Assembly: GCA_003693705.1 (NCBI GenBank)
Contig: RBZT01000623.1
Span: 124,001-188,000, forward strand
DNA: 64,000 nucleotides
Reading direction: 5' to 3'
DNA from: Polymyxa betae A26-41
Taxonomy: Eukaryota > Protista > Endomyxa: Phytomyxea
Under the pieces are notes generated by a model. That model made no database searches. It had not been told where the DNA came from and saw nothing but the letters and a program-made list of their open reading frames with translations. The position numbers and the translations under genes were made by a program. Shown piece after piece: positions 23,235 through 32,912 of this stretch (position 1 is its first letter; each line of letters opens with the position of its first letter).

Positions 23235-26200
23235 CTAAACCCGAGCCATTCGGCTCCAGTCGTCAAGAGTGACGGTTGACAGGAGAGAGCCCAAAGCCAG
23301 CTTAGAAACGATTCTGTTATCGAGAAGGTCCTCTTCTTCCGAGCCGTTCTTGCCAATATTACAGTGGAAACGGCCAAGAGCTAAGCGAGACAATTTGCTG
23401 TTGTTCTGGTTCTTTAAGGCGTCAGCCAGAGATGCCTTCTAGACAAAATTTTAGGAAAACCAAGTTTTAAATGCAACAGAAGTATTACCTGGACCGAAGA
23501 GAGTCTTGTTATATTCAGCTCTGAGGCGTCTAATTCCCACAAGAACTCATTACTTCGTATCGCGGTTTGGAGAATGCCGAGAAAATCGGGTGCCGCTCCG
23601 TCGCTATCTAAACTCGAGCCTTCTGCATCATGACATGGAGCTAAGCCAGGAATACGAATGCGCAAAAGATGATCCCTATGCGCCCAATCAATAACGGTCA
23701 AAACCTCTCAATCAACCAAGACTTAATGAGAAAAACGTGACTATAAGTGACAAAATCTATAGAGCTGCTCACGAATTAGATTGAATGAGCTGCGCAATCG
23801 TTAGCAAGCTGCCATAATCAGCCGTGTTCCCAGCAAGATCAAGAACTTGAAATCTCTTATGTCTGGTCGCAATCTCACATAGATCCTTGTAATTAGTATC
23901 GGTGAGAGCGCAGTTAGACAGAACCAGGACCTGGACACGCCTCATGGCTTCTAAAAACCCTTGAAAAGAAAGTTCGTCGCCGAGACGGCAGCCATCCAGA
24001 CATAATTGCTCCAAGTTACAATATGGATCGGAAATGGCCAGTGTCAGCGCCCTGACTCCTTGGCTGAACAGACAGGCTTGCGAAATATCCAATAATTGAA
24101 TTGAAGGAATCGTGGTATTTGTAGGGAGGTTGTCCCAACTTATGTACGGCCCACCTAAATTCACACGAACCAAATTGATTGAGCTCAAAATCAACGACAC
24201 ATCAGCAGATGATAGTTGGCATCCGAACAGATTCAATGTTGTCAGATTGGGATGTCGTACTATGTCATCGATGAAATTATCACGTTGGGCAGGCAGGACA
24301 TGATTCGATAGATCCAGATGTGTTAAAGTTGAAGCGAACGTCGTCGAATTCTCAAGATCAGTTAACGTAGATAATTTGTTGTCATGTGAGATAGAGGCAA
24401 TAGCGATATTGCCTTTCGATAATAAATTGAGGTATGGCCCCAATAAATCGTTGTTGTTGCCGGTGAGATCGATCTTGATTAATGCAGGTAAAGATACCAA
24501 GTCTTGAGCCAAGTTAGCAAGACTCTGAGCTGAAGCCTGAGCATTATGCGCGATGTTCAGCGATGACAAGGACAACATTGAATGAAGCCACTGCCCTAAC
24601 AAATTCATTCCGTTGTCAGAAATATCGCAGTTTTGGAGGTTAATCTTCTGAAGCTGGCAGCCAATGGCAGTCTGTACCAATTGTTCGACGCCATTGTCGC
24701 CCAGATGATTCTCACTCAAATCAAGCGATATGAGAATCGCGTTCGATGCCAGGCTCTTGCCAATTTGCTGCAGAGCGAAATGATCGAAACCAGGGCTAAG
24801 TTCGCTGCAGGAAAACTGGATTGACTGCAATGATTTTGTAGATGCGAATGCTAGAAACAAAGGACGGGCATGACTCAATCGGTTACGGGACAGATCGACG
24901 CCGATTAGGTTGACGGATTCAGCGACAAGACGAGCTAAGGAGAGTGCCATCTCGCCGTCAGCAATGATGTCAGTATTGGATAGATCCAGGTACTTCAGCG
25001 ATGTGGATTTTGCCGCTGATTGCAACAATCGTTGAAACTGCCAGCTCTCTCCCACCTGGTTGTTACCAAAATCAGTATTTGCTGGAAATTTTGAGACGTC
25101 TAAGCAGTCTCAAGCATAAAAAAGAGAACAATCGAAAGCTGCAGTGTTGGCAACATTTTGACTAGGAAATAGAAACCGAGAAGTTTGGCAAGAAACTGAG
25201 AACCAACTTTGGTTTTGCCTCCTTCTGGAATCTGAACCATAGGAGCCTGCCCCAACCGATTATCGCTTAAACACAACGTCGTCAGGACAGGAGACGATTC
25301 AATGAGTTCAGCGATAAAATCTGAATCCTCATAAGACAAATGGCATCCTTGCAGAGTGATATGCTGAATATTCGCCCTTGGAAGGCGGCGAAAGGCAGCG
25401 TATAAACCCAAAGGCATCGAAGACCAACGATTCAGTTCCAGGCAGTGGCGCAGCGTTAATGACGTTATGGTCGGTGATTCCAGAACGGCGTCGGCGACAG
25501 CTTTGAGGCCGACAATCCCAATCGGAATCCTATCGATAGTGAGCGATTGGAGAGGTCGAGAGCGCGCCTGCCGAAGAAATGGCTCCCATGCCGAAACGAA
25601 TCCGCTTTCGGCGCAGCGGTACCAGAACTTGTCGACATCGCGATCGATATCGACAGCAGAGCGGTTATGACGTGGATGGCGGCTATCGGCGTCGAGACCT
25701 TCCAGCGAATAATCGTGCTCGCCGTGTGCTATTTCGGTCTACAGAATAACATTTGAATAATAAACACATTCAAAAAGGAAACATTAAAGACACAGAAGAG
25801 GCCGCACAAAGGTTGAAGGAGGGTTAAAATCGTCTTGGTTGAAACAAAGGGTCATTTGACTCATACCTGAAGAATCTCATCGCTTGTGACATGTTCCTGA
25901 TCGAGATGTTCGAGGTCGGAGAGCAGAAACACGAGATCGGATCGGTAATGTTCGACACCGGTGACAGCATTGCCTTTCAAGTTCAGATCCCGTAACAATG
26001 CCAAATCTGACAGATCCGCCAGCGCCAACAGCGACTCGATGGCATTATCGGCCAGGTCTAGTACGGCCAGATTCGGGAAGCAATCACTGATCTCGCCGAC
26101 ATGATTGATCCGGTTCCCGGAAGCATCCACGTATCGAAGCGACGAAATTGGCTCGGCAATTTGCAAGGTGGTTAAGGCGTTGTTTGAGATTTTTAAATGG

Positions 26201-26715
26201 GTTAAGTAAGAAGAACCTTGAAGACCTTCAAGATCGGTTATGTGATTGTGAGATACGTTCAGCATCTGTAAATTCGATAAAGATTGACACCAATTCACTG
26301 ATATCAGCGAATTCGACTGTAAATTCAAGTCGGTGATATATCGATATCTTGCAATATCGCCGCGTATTGACCCGATCTCGTTGAATGATAGATCGACCTT
26401 CGTCAATAGACGAGGATAGGCATCGCCATCGACACCATTGCCGAAATCAGGGAACTCTATCAATGCGTTGTGCGACGCGATCAAAACTCGCAGCTGCTCT
26501 AGCGGCGTCAACGCCTTCAGCGATCCGATCCGATTCGACGAGACATCGATCGACCGCAGGAATGTAAACTGAGACAATGGTGACAGGTCCCGTATAAAGC
26601 TGGAGCTCAGATCCAATGACACTCTCTCATGCTTATGGGTGCTCGACGATATCGAGATCGTCGACAGACGATTTGCGATCTGCTCTTCAGTAATCGTCCC
26701 ATTATTGTAGAGCAT
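23235..26715 (-). CDS. Large leucine-rich-repeat protein (SDS22-like LRRs and LRRcap, then RNI-like LRRs), one multi-exon gene
   Basis: ORF 25861-26715 ends at a GTATGA donor. The acceptor near 25740 continues in frame into ORFs 25100-25417, 23769-25055 and 23414-23701, with a last exon ending at a TAG at 23235. Confidence 0.7.
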
Positions 26716-26824
26716 GACGATGCAATTTTATTCCAGTCTGCATCTGGTTCTGTGACCAGTCGCAGAACGCATCATCATGGGCCAGCACGACGAGATCTGG
26801 TGGTTGAAAGGTCCAAACTTAGTA

Positions 26825-27365
26825 TCAGAAGGTTTCCGATTTGGCGGCAGGCGAGACGATTCGGAGGCGGTCTTGAAGCTGAAGCGACTTAAGCAAAATG
26901 TTGAATCGGGTTCTCATTAATAAAATTCGGCTAGAGAGTGAATGGTCTTTGTCTAAGGTAATCGCTGCCTGGCGAGTCTGTTCGATTGACAATTGTAGCT
27001 GCTGCAAGGCTCTCTCGGTTCTAAGCTATGATGTTAGTCGAGTGCGCTGTAGATGAAGAGAGATCCGACCTGGGGCTCAGCTCGATTATTTGGCGATTGC
27101 CCAGGTCGGTGACGGAATGGGCGAATCCTGAATAGTATCCAGCTTCGAAGCCAACACGCTTAGCCAGAGCTTGACCATGATTTCGAGCTGAATCGATCAA
27201 GGCCTGGCGAGCACACGAGACTCTAAACCGAAATGAATAATCGTGATCAGGAGAGAAATTGCAACTGGTTCACCCTTGATCATATCCAATTTTGACGAAG
27301 GTCTCTTCCAGATTCAGAATCTCGTCGAATCCTTCAACAATGTCATCAGTGATGTTCGCCTCCAT
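26825..27365 (-). CDS. LTO1: LTO1/ORAOV1 (Yae1_N domain) protein
   Basis: Three exons read FDEILNLEETFVKIGYDQG...G..GFEAGYYSGF. The first two exons are missing from the ORF track. Confidence 0.75.
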
Positions 27366-27603
27366 CGATGACAGACCGCGCCCATCAAAGTTAGTCCGGA
27401 ACGGGGAAATCCAATCGGATTTTGTGTCTGAACTCATTTCTTACAAAGAAAGCTAAGCATTTCGTAGCTACTGTATATCTATCTGATTTCATATTTTTCA
27501 AACTGAAGTCTGTAATTTGGTTTTTTGAATTCCAGTGTGTTGACATTTTGTTGGGAATTGTTTTTGCCGGCCAGCGAGACCTTGGCCGCCGGTACTTCTA
27601 GAT

Positions 27604-27922
27604 TCCAGTAAGGCGGAATGGTACCAAAACCGGTAGTAGGATCTTTACAACTAAGATCGGGCTATGTGGATTGGATTGGATTGGATTCGACTAGTTTAGG
27701 TGATTATAAACCAGGGCGGTGATCTTTCTCATAACACCGGGCTCTGCGATCGAAGTCGTAACGTAACAACTTCGCGGGATGCTCAGAGTTCTCTGAAATT
27801 CAGAGATACCGGAATGTCACCCTTCCACGGCAACATTTATGAAGGCGTTGCCTGATCGGGCTATGTGCAGGAAGTCTCTGTACCGCCTTTAGCAATGCGA
27901 ACCAGAGAAATCCAATCCAATC
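27604..27922 (+). mobile_element. Putative short non-autonomous retroposon (outer element, about 120 bp without the nested insert)
   Basis: Flanked by the exact repeat CTTCTAGAT (27595-27603, 27923-27931). It ends in a stem-loop (TCTCTG 27875-80 / CAGAGA 27903-08) followed by (AATCC)3. Confidence 0.55.
27669..27853 (-). mobile_element. Putative short structured retroposon (inner element, 185 bp) nested in the outer element
   Basis: Flanked by the exact 14-bp repeat GATCGGGCTATGTG (27655-27668, 27854-27867). The minus-strand 3' end is a stem-loop plus (AATCC)4 abutting the repeat. Confidence 0.65.
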
Positions 27923-27998
27923 CTTCTAGATGAAGGTGAGGGTGCTCTTTGGCTCAAATATTGAGTCCAGCGCGGTTAGCACGCTGCGCCGATCGTAA

Positions 27999-28170
27999 CG
28001 ACGTGACGGTGTCGGACACGTTGCATCGCTGGACAGTGGAGAGAGGTCAGACATGACACATGCCAGTCAGTTGAGGGTTTGCTCAACTGTCACATGGGGG
28101 AACCCTCGCCCCTTGTGTGCTTTATCATGTCATGTTGGTCATTTTCAAAACTAACTGCATCCGTTGGTTC
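27999..28170 (+). promoter_or_regulatory. Promoter blocks conserved with 29919-30101
   Basis: Ordered blocks CGACGTG, CGTTGCAT, GAGGTCAG, AGGGTTTGCTCAACTG, CATGTCAT and CATCCGTTGGT. Confidence 0.65.
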
Positions 28171-28181
28171 ATTCATCGCCA

Positions 28182-28654
28182 ATGCTTATGAAGCTTACGA
28201 TCATGATGGCGCTTGTCCTGCTGACCCTCGGGGTCTCAGCGTCAGACGGGTGTAAGTAATTTCACGTTATTGATCAACTACAAGTTTAAACATCTCTGTT
28301 ATAGATGATAGGCGTCCGAGATCATATACACCCACTCTACAATCTAAGATGATTAACTATGTTCTTTTTCCTATCGTGGCGCCACTAACGATCGTTTATC
28401 TGGTGATGAAGATCCTTTATGCTGACAGACTTGGCCTGTGGCTGAAATTGCTGTCTCTGGCTGGTGTCGGATACTTGCTCTGCCTACTGGTTTTTATGTG
28501 GCTTTATTACCAAACTGTTTCAGTCCTTCGACTATTCGCAACAGTGTCAGATGTCTGCAGTACATTCACAATACGCGATGTTGTTAGGGTTCTAATTGGA
28601 GCACCTAAAGCAACGTTCTTGTCTCTCCGAGAAATCTGCCGCGGAGACCCTTAA
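28182..28654 (+). CDS. Small signal-peptide multi-pass membrane protein, paralogue 1
   Basis: Exon 1 (MLMKLTIMMALVLLTLGVSASDG), then phase-1 intron 28252-28304, in frame with ORF 28349-28654. Confidence 0.75.
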
Positions 28655-29578
28655 CCGCAAGTCTAAAACAAGCCAGAGACTCAAACTGTTATGTTTAATA
28701 CAAGTGCATTAAGAGCGGGAGTTTGCATTCTAATGAGATCTTAGTAAGTCGCCGCATTGGGGCATCTACTTTACCGAAAAAGTACAGTAGATGCCCTGTT
28801 ATCATGTATTAGAATGAAAAAGAGAAAAAAGTTAGTATCAGACGAATTGAGGTTAGCATAGCCTGTGAATATGGAAGATGGTTGTTCATGTAGAGCGCTG
28901 CATTATTGGATGACAACGGTCTATCAGCCTAGAATCAACAACGTGTAATTGATATTTTGTTCTGTAGTGCGCTGCAGTGTCTCCCTAAACCCGATACTTA
29001 TCTGGATTTTTTCTGGTACAAGGAGGTGCCTTTTCAGACTGAAAAACATCGAGTGCCCTGAGTTCGTGAGCTGAGCTGAAGGGGGAAGAATCGTCACCTA
29101 CCTGGAGCTCTGAGCTTCCTTCATTCCAAAAAGGTGCGGGGGTGACGTTTAAAGGAACGGCCAACCTGAGAGGCCAATGTGGCTTTTCTAGCTGTCAAGA
29201 CCTTCTCGTAGCTCGCCTTTGCAGATGTTTGTCAAAATTTCGGATTCTAAAGTCTACCAACGTCTCTTCTATTCGCCAATGAAGTGTTATTCACAAGCAT
29301 ATGGGTGCAAATTTCGGGTTTTTTAGTCTTGAAATCGTCAAAATGACGCTGGTAAGCTTTTCAGACCACATATGCCCTCATATCTCGCAAGTCAGAGATT
29401 GTTTGGGTCGCTAAATCCCAATCTATGATCTATGTTTGGGAACATTTACGTCTCTTATTTTGCAGACGAAGATATCCCTTTGGAAGATGAAGAGAGTTAT
29501 CTGTCTGCTAGATAGCTGTGGTGGCAATCGGGAACGTTCATTAGGATTGTAGGATCGTGAATACGAACAAGCCATGCT

Positions 29579-29854
29579 ATGGTTGATGTTTCGCTAAAGG
29601 GAGGCAATGCAGAGAGCAGTTTCAATGTCATCCGCAAACTGTATCGTACAGGAAACAAACGTAAAAGTTTGAAACACTACCGCACGGAAATGCCATCTGA
29701 TCGGCTTCGCGCTTTGGAAACAGCGCCGCCTGTTGACAAAAATCAACGAGCGAAACCAATCGAATCTACCGGTAATCCAATCCAAATGCCATCTGATGTC
29801 GATGAAGTTTCAGTGCAAATAAAGCATGGTGAGCTAACTGGAGAGCAGCATTAA
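29579..29854 (+). other. Short ORF in an apparently decayed coding-like region
   Basis: 91-aa ORF. Upstream splice-like signals could not be joined into an intact gene. Confidence 0.2.
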
Positions 29855-29918
29855 CAGTCCACAATCGTAAACTGACCAACAGGAGCCATTTGACAAGATT
29901 CTTACTACTGTGCCAGTA

Positions 29919-30101
29919 GCGACGTGCCGCGTTGCATTGATGGAGGTCAGGGACACTTTAGATGACTGGAGCTACAGTAGAGCTAGGGTTTGTTCAACTG
30001 CAGCGCTAGGGAAACTTGTGCGCACATGACGCCGCAGCCCTTTCCATGTCATCGGCTCGTCATTAAAATAAATCGTGCCGACATCCAGGTCATCCGTTGG
30101 T
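29919..30101 (+). promoter_or_regulatory. Promoter blocks conserved with 27999-28170
   Basis: Ordered blocks CGACGTG, CGTTGCAT, GAGGTCAG, AGGGTTTGTTCAACTG, CATGTCAT and CATCCGTTGGT. Confidence 0.65.
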
Positions 30102-30105
30102 CGTT

Positions 30106-30620
30106 ATGAAAACCGTTTTCATCATCACGCTCTCGATGCTGGTCATGGCTATGGCTTCGCCAAACGGTATCGTTTCAACTCTGTCATTCGAACCCAATTC
30201 ATGTCTGTCGATGCAGATAAGTCAGCCTTGGTGACTTTGGAGAAAGACATAATTGCATACTTCCTGTTTCCGGTTTTAATACCTCTTGGTATCATTTATC
30301 TGATATCTAAGGTATTCGCAAGCAGTATGGGTGTGGGAATGAAGCTAGCATCCCTAGCCGGTATCGGGTATTTGACCTTTTTGGTCCCCGCTCTCTTCCT
30401 GGGGTTCACATGGTTCGGATTATTCGGAAGACGTGCTTGGGTTGCTTTATGGCACGAGTACTCAATCCCAATGATAATCTTGCTTGTCGTGAGAAGCATA
30501 CCATTATACTTATTTCTTTATGGACCTTATTGGTCATTCATATTCCTTAAAGGGATATGTACCTGCTTATTCCCTAAGTTCACTGATTTTATAACTTCGA
30601 TGGCTGAGAAAAGCGCATAA
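30106..30620 (+). CDS. Small signal-peptide multi-pass membrane protein, paralogue 2
   Basis: Exon 1 (MKTVFIITLSMLVMAMASPN), then phase-1 intron 30167-30216, in frame with ORF 30075-30620. Aligns with paralogue 1. Confidence 0.78.
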
Positions 30621-30933
30621 AACACGACACGTCGCTTTACTCGTGCCAATTTAAAATAAATCGCTACAGTTGCAATATCACCGCGTTTTTTTGTTGCTTT
30701 ATGACGGTTAAATTCATCACCGTACTTCAGTATCCAATCCATTACTTTGACGAATCACGAGATAAAAGCACTGGGTTTCAGAATAGATCTTTCATATCAG
30801 AATCCGAATCAAAAAGGATTTCGAGATTTTTGAATTGCGAATGGGTTGAGAAACTGCGTAACAATTTAGATTTGGAATTGCGAAAGGGCAACATCGAAAA
30901 TCGCGAAACTGCGTAATAATTTGCGCAGATGAC

Positions 30934-32718
30934 ATGGATTGTGGATTCACAGGTTGCGCAAATATCATTGACGTAACCTTCATGCGTGACTATGGCAATA
31001 GGCCAATTGTTAGACGTCATTCATTTCCTAATGTCAGAGACCTGGCTCAGGAATCCTCTACCTCCAACTACACACACAAACATGGCTCCCGTCCTCACCT
31101 GAAGAGGCTCGTTCGGGAACGGAATCGTTTATGGAACCATGCCATCTTATCTGTCATAGTAATTTCTTTGCAGATCGTTCTAAGTGCTTTCCTTATTTTG
31201 GCAATTTCGGTCATTTGGGCTTCCGTTTTTATGGAGCTTCCATCGATGGACTATAATTTCCACCGCGAGAAAGTGCCTAGTCATGCGGATGCGTTATCTG
31301 CCTGGAGTGAAATGGCACAATCCATATATCTATGTCTTGGCTATCGGCTGTTGACATCTGCTGAAATTAAAGAGGCCTTGAATAATAAGCTGAAAACTAC
31401 TTGGCATCACACTGCCCATAGAGCCAGCATTAATGTCTTCGATCTAATGCCTGAGGGGTCATATGATCCCCAACTGATCGTTCCGATGGTGTTGATCGTG
31501 AAGAGTTTCGATGAGAAGACCGGATGGTTTACAGCACATCTTGCTGGAGCGATGCCATTCCTTAGAATTCATATTTGGCCCGGCTTCCAGTACAATCATG
31601 GCATCTATGCCAACGGCACAGTCGTTCTTAAACTTAACGGCGTATATGATTCCACACTGCAATTCGACAAGATGTTTTCTCTAAAGCATCTTGAATCCAT
31701 GGATAGAACAAATGGTTTAGAGAACTGGAGCGTCGAGATGCTTCTGTCCGGAGTCCACCCGAACATTCCTTTATTGCCACAACCATTCCCAGCTGAATAC
31801 GCGCTGATCAGACATGAGCGGCTAACATCGATTCTGGAAGAATGGAGATGGGAAAAGTCTGGCTGGGTTAGCAGATTGGATGACTCGCCGCCAGTGAAAT
31901 CCTACATCGATCCAGGAGCGCCCGTGCTTCCACATTTTAAACGGCCCATTGCTGTCCCGGAACAAATAGCTTCGCTTTCTCCGCAAGAACGAAGAGCTCT
32001 ATTGCCTTTGTGGACTCTCTTCTTTCAGCGCTTGCTCTATACATTCGTTATGGGCTCCGAGATGCAGAAACGATTCCGTTCTCTGGTAGAGCGTATCGCC
32101 AGGAATGCAGGCGGCCCATTTCGTATCCGTGTTCTGGAAATGGACCTAGGGATGCCAAAATGGCAATCATGCCCAAAGCTGATTATGTTGAACCAGCTGC
32201 CTCAACCATACACATACAGAATGTTGCTGGATATTAATTGGCCATTGATGAAAATCAAGCTGGCTCTGGATGGTTCAGGGCATTCATCATCTATTGTATT
32301 TAATGTAAATTGTCTCAAAGCCAAAGGCCCGGTTGTGTTCGGGATTGAGCATCCATTGACTCGCGATCTCTCTGAAGGCATCAGGCCGCACTACATTTCG
32401 TTCTCGTTCGAGAGGGTGCCCGATATCGATTTCGAAGTGTCCCTAGATACTGAGTCAACTCAAGTCTTTGGAATTCCGTCTTCGATCTGTAGCTCATGGC
32501 TGCATACTCTGTTCAACGACTATTTGTTGAAGCCATTCGTGAGCAGATTCACCAAGATGTTTCTTATGGGCTGTGCCGTATCACCAGTGATTGCTTACAT
32601 TCCCTGGTTGGAGGATCCCGGCAATCTAAAGTTCAACTCGAATCATGCACAGAGCGTGTTTCGATGGGTGAGAGGTGTTTTTGCGACAATGCACTATGAT
32701 GCCGAGGCTGTTATCTAA
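30934..32718 (+). CDS. Intronless membrane protein with a C-terminal SMP/TULIP-like lipid-transfer domain
   Basis: TM at about aa 70-100. C-terminal WTLFFQRL..IRVLEMDLG..LKAKGPV..SFSFERVPDIDFEV pattern resembles Mmm1/PDZD8 SMP domains. Confidence 0.6.
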   Translation: MDCGFTGCANIIDVTFMRDYGNRPIVRRHSFPNVRDLAQESSTSNYTHKHGSRPHLKRLVRERNRLWNHAILSVIVISLQIVLSAFLILAISVIWASVFMELPSMDYNFHREKVPSHADALSAWSEMAQSIYLCLGYRLLTSAEIKEALNNKLKTTWHHTAHRASINVFDLMPEGSYDPQLIVPMVLIVKSFDEKTGWFTAHLAGAMPFLRIHIWPGFQYNHGIYANGTVVLKLNGVYDSTLQFDKMFSLKHLESMDRTNGLENWSVEMLLSGVHPNIPLLPQPFPAEYALIRHERLTSILEEWRWEKSGWVSRLDDSPPVKSYIDPGAPVLPHFKRPIAVPEQIASLSPQERRALLPLWTLFFQRLLYTFVMGSEMQKRFRSLVERIARNAGGPFRIRVLEMDLGMPKWQSCPKLIMLNQLPQPYTYRMLLDINWPLMKIKLALDGSGHSSSIVFNVNCLKAKGPVVFGIEHPLTRDLSEGIRPHYISFSFERVPDIDFEVSLDTESTQVFGIPSSICSSWLHTLFNDYLLKPFVSRFTKMFLMGCAVSPVIAYIPWLEDPGNLKFNSNHAQSVFRWVRGVFATMHYDAEAVI

Positions 32719-32912
32719 CCCGGTTAGCTCTGTGTCGTTTATTTCATATATTTATCATATTATCTGCTTAAATGTACCTAATAGAACATAACAAAACATG
32801 TCAATGTATGGAAGCGCGTGCCATCGCTGGAGTATGTCGCCTCATTGGGCCTGTACACACGCAGTCCTGTTTCCATTTGTTGCTTGCTTGATCTAAACGT
32901 TCTCCTTGAGGA

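Noticed and set aside
27668-27923. Inverted GGATT/AATCC tracts as MITE terminal inverted repeats or an RNase P/MRP closing helix
   Set aside because: The inversion is confined to the microsatellite, and no P4 consensus pair was found. Two nested TSD pairs explain the layout better.
28983-28992. CCCTAAACCC as a telomerase RNA template
   Set aside because: A single 10-mer, with similar motifs scattered through the window and no supporting structure.
28994-29005. ATACTTATCTGG resembles the U1 snRNA 5' end
   Set aside because: It has a mismatch in the splice-site-pairing sequence, and I see no U1-70K loop, U1A loop or Sm site.
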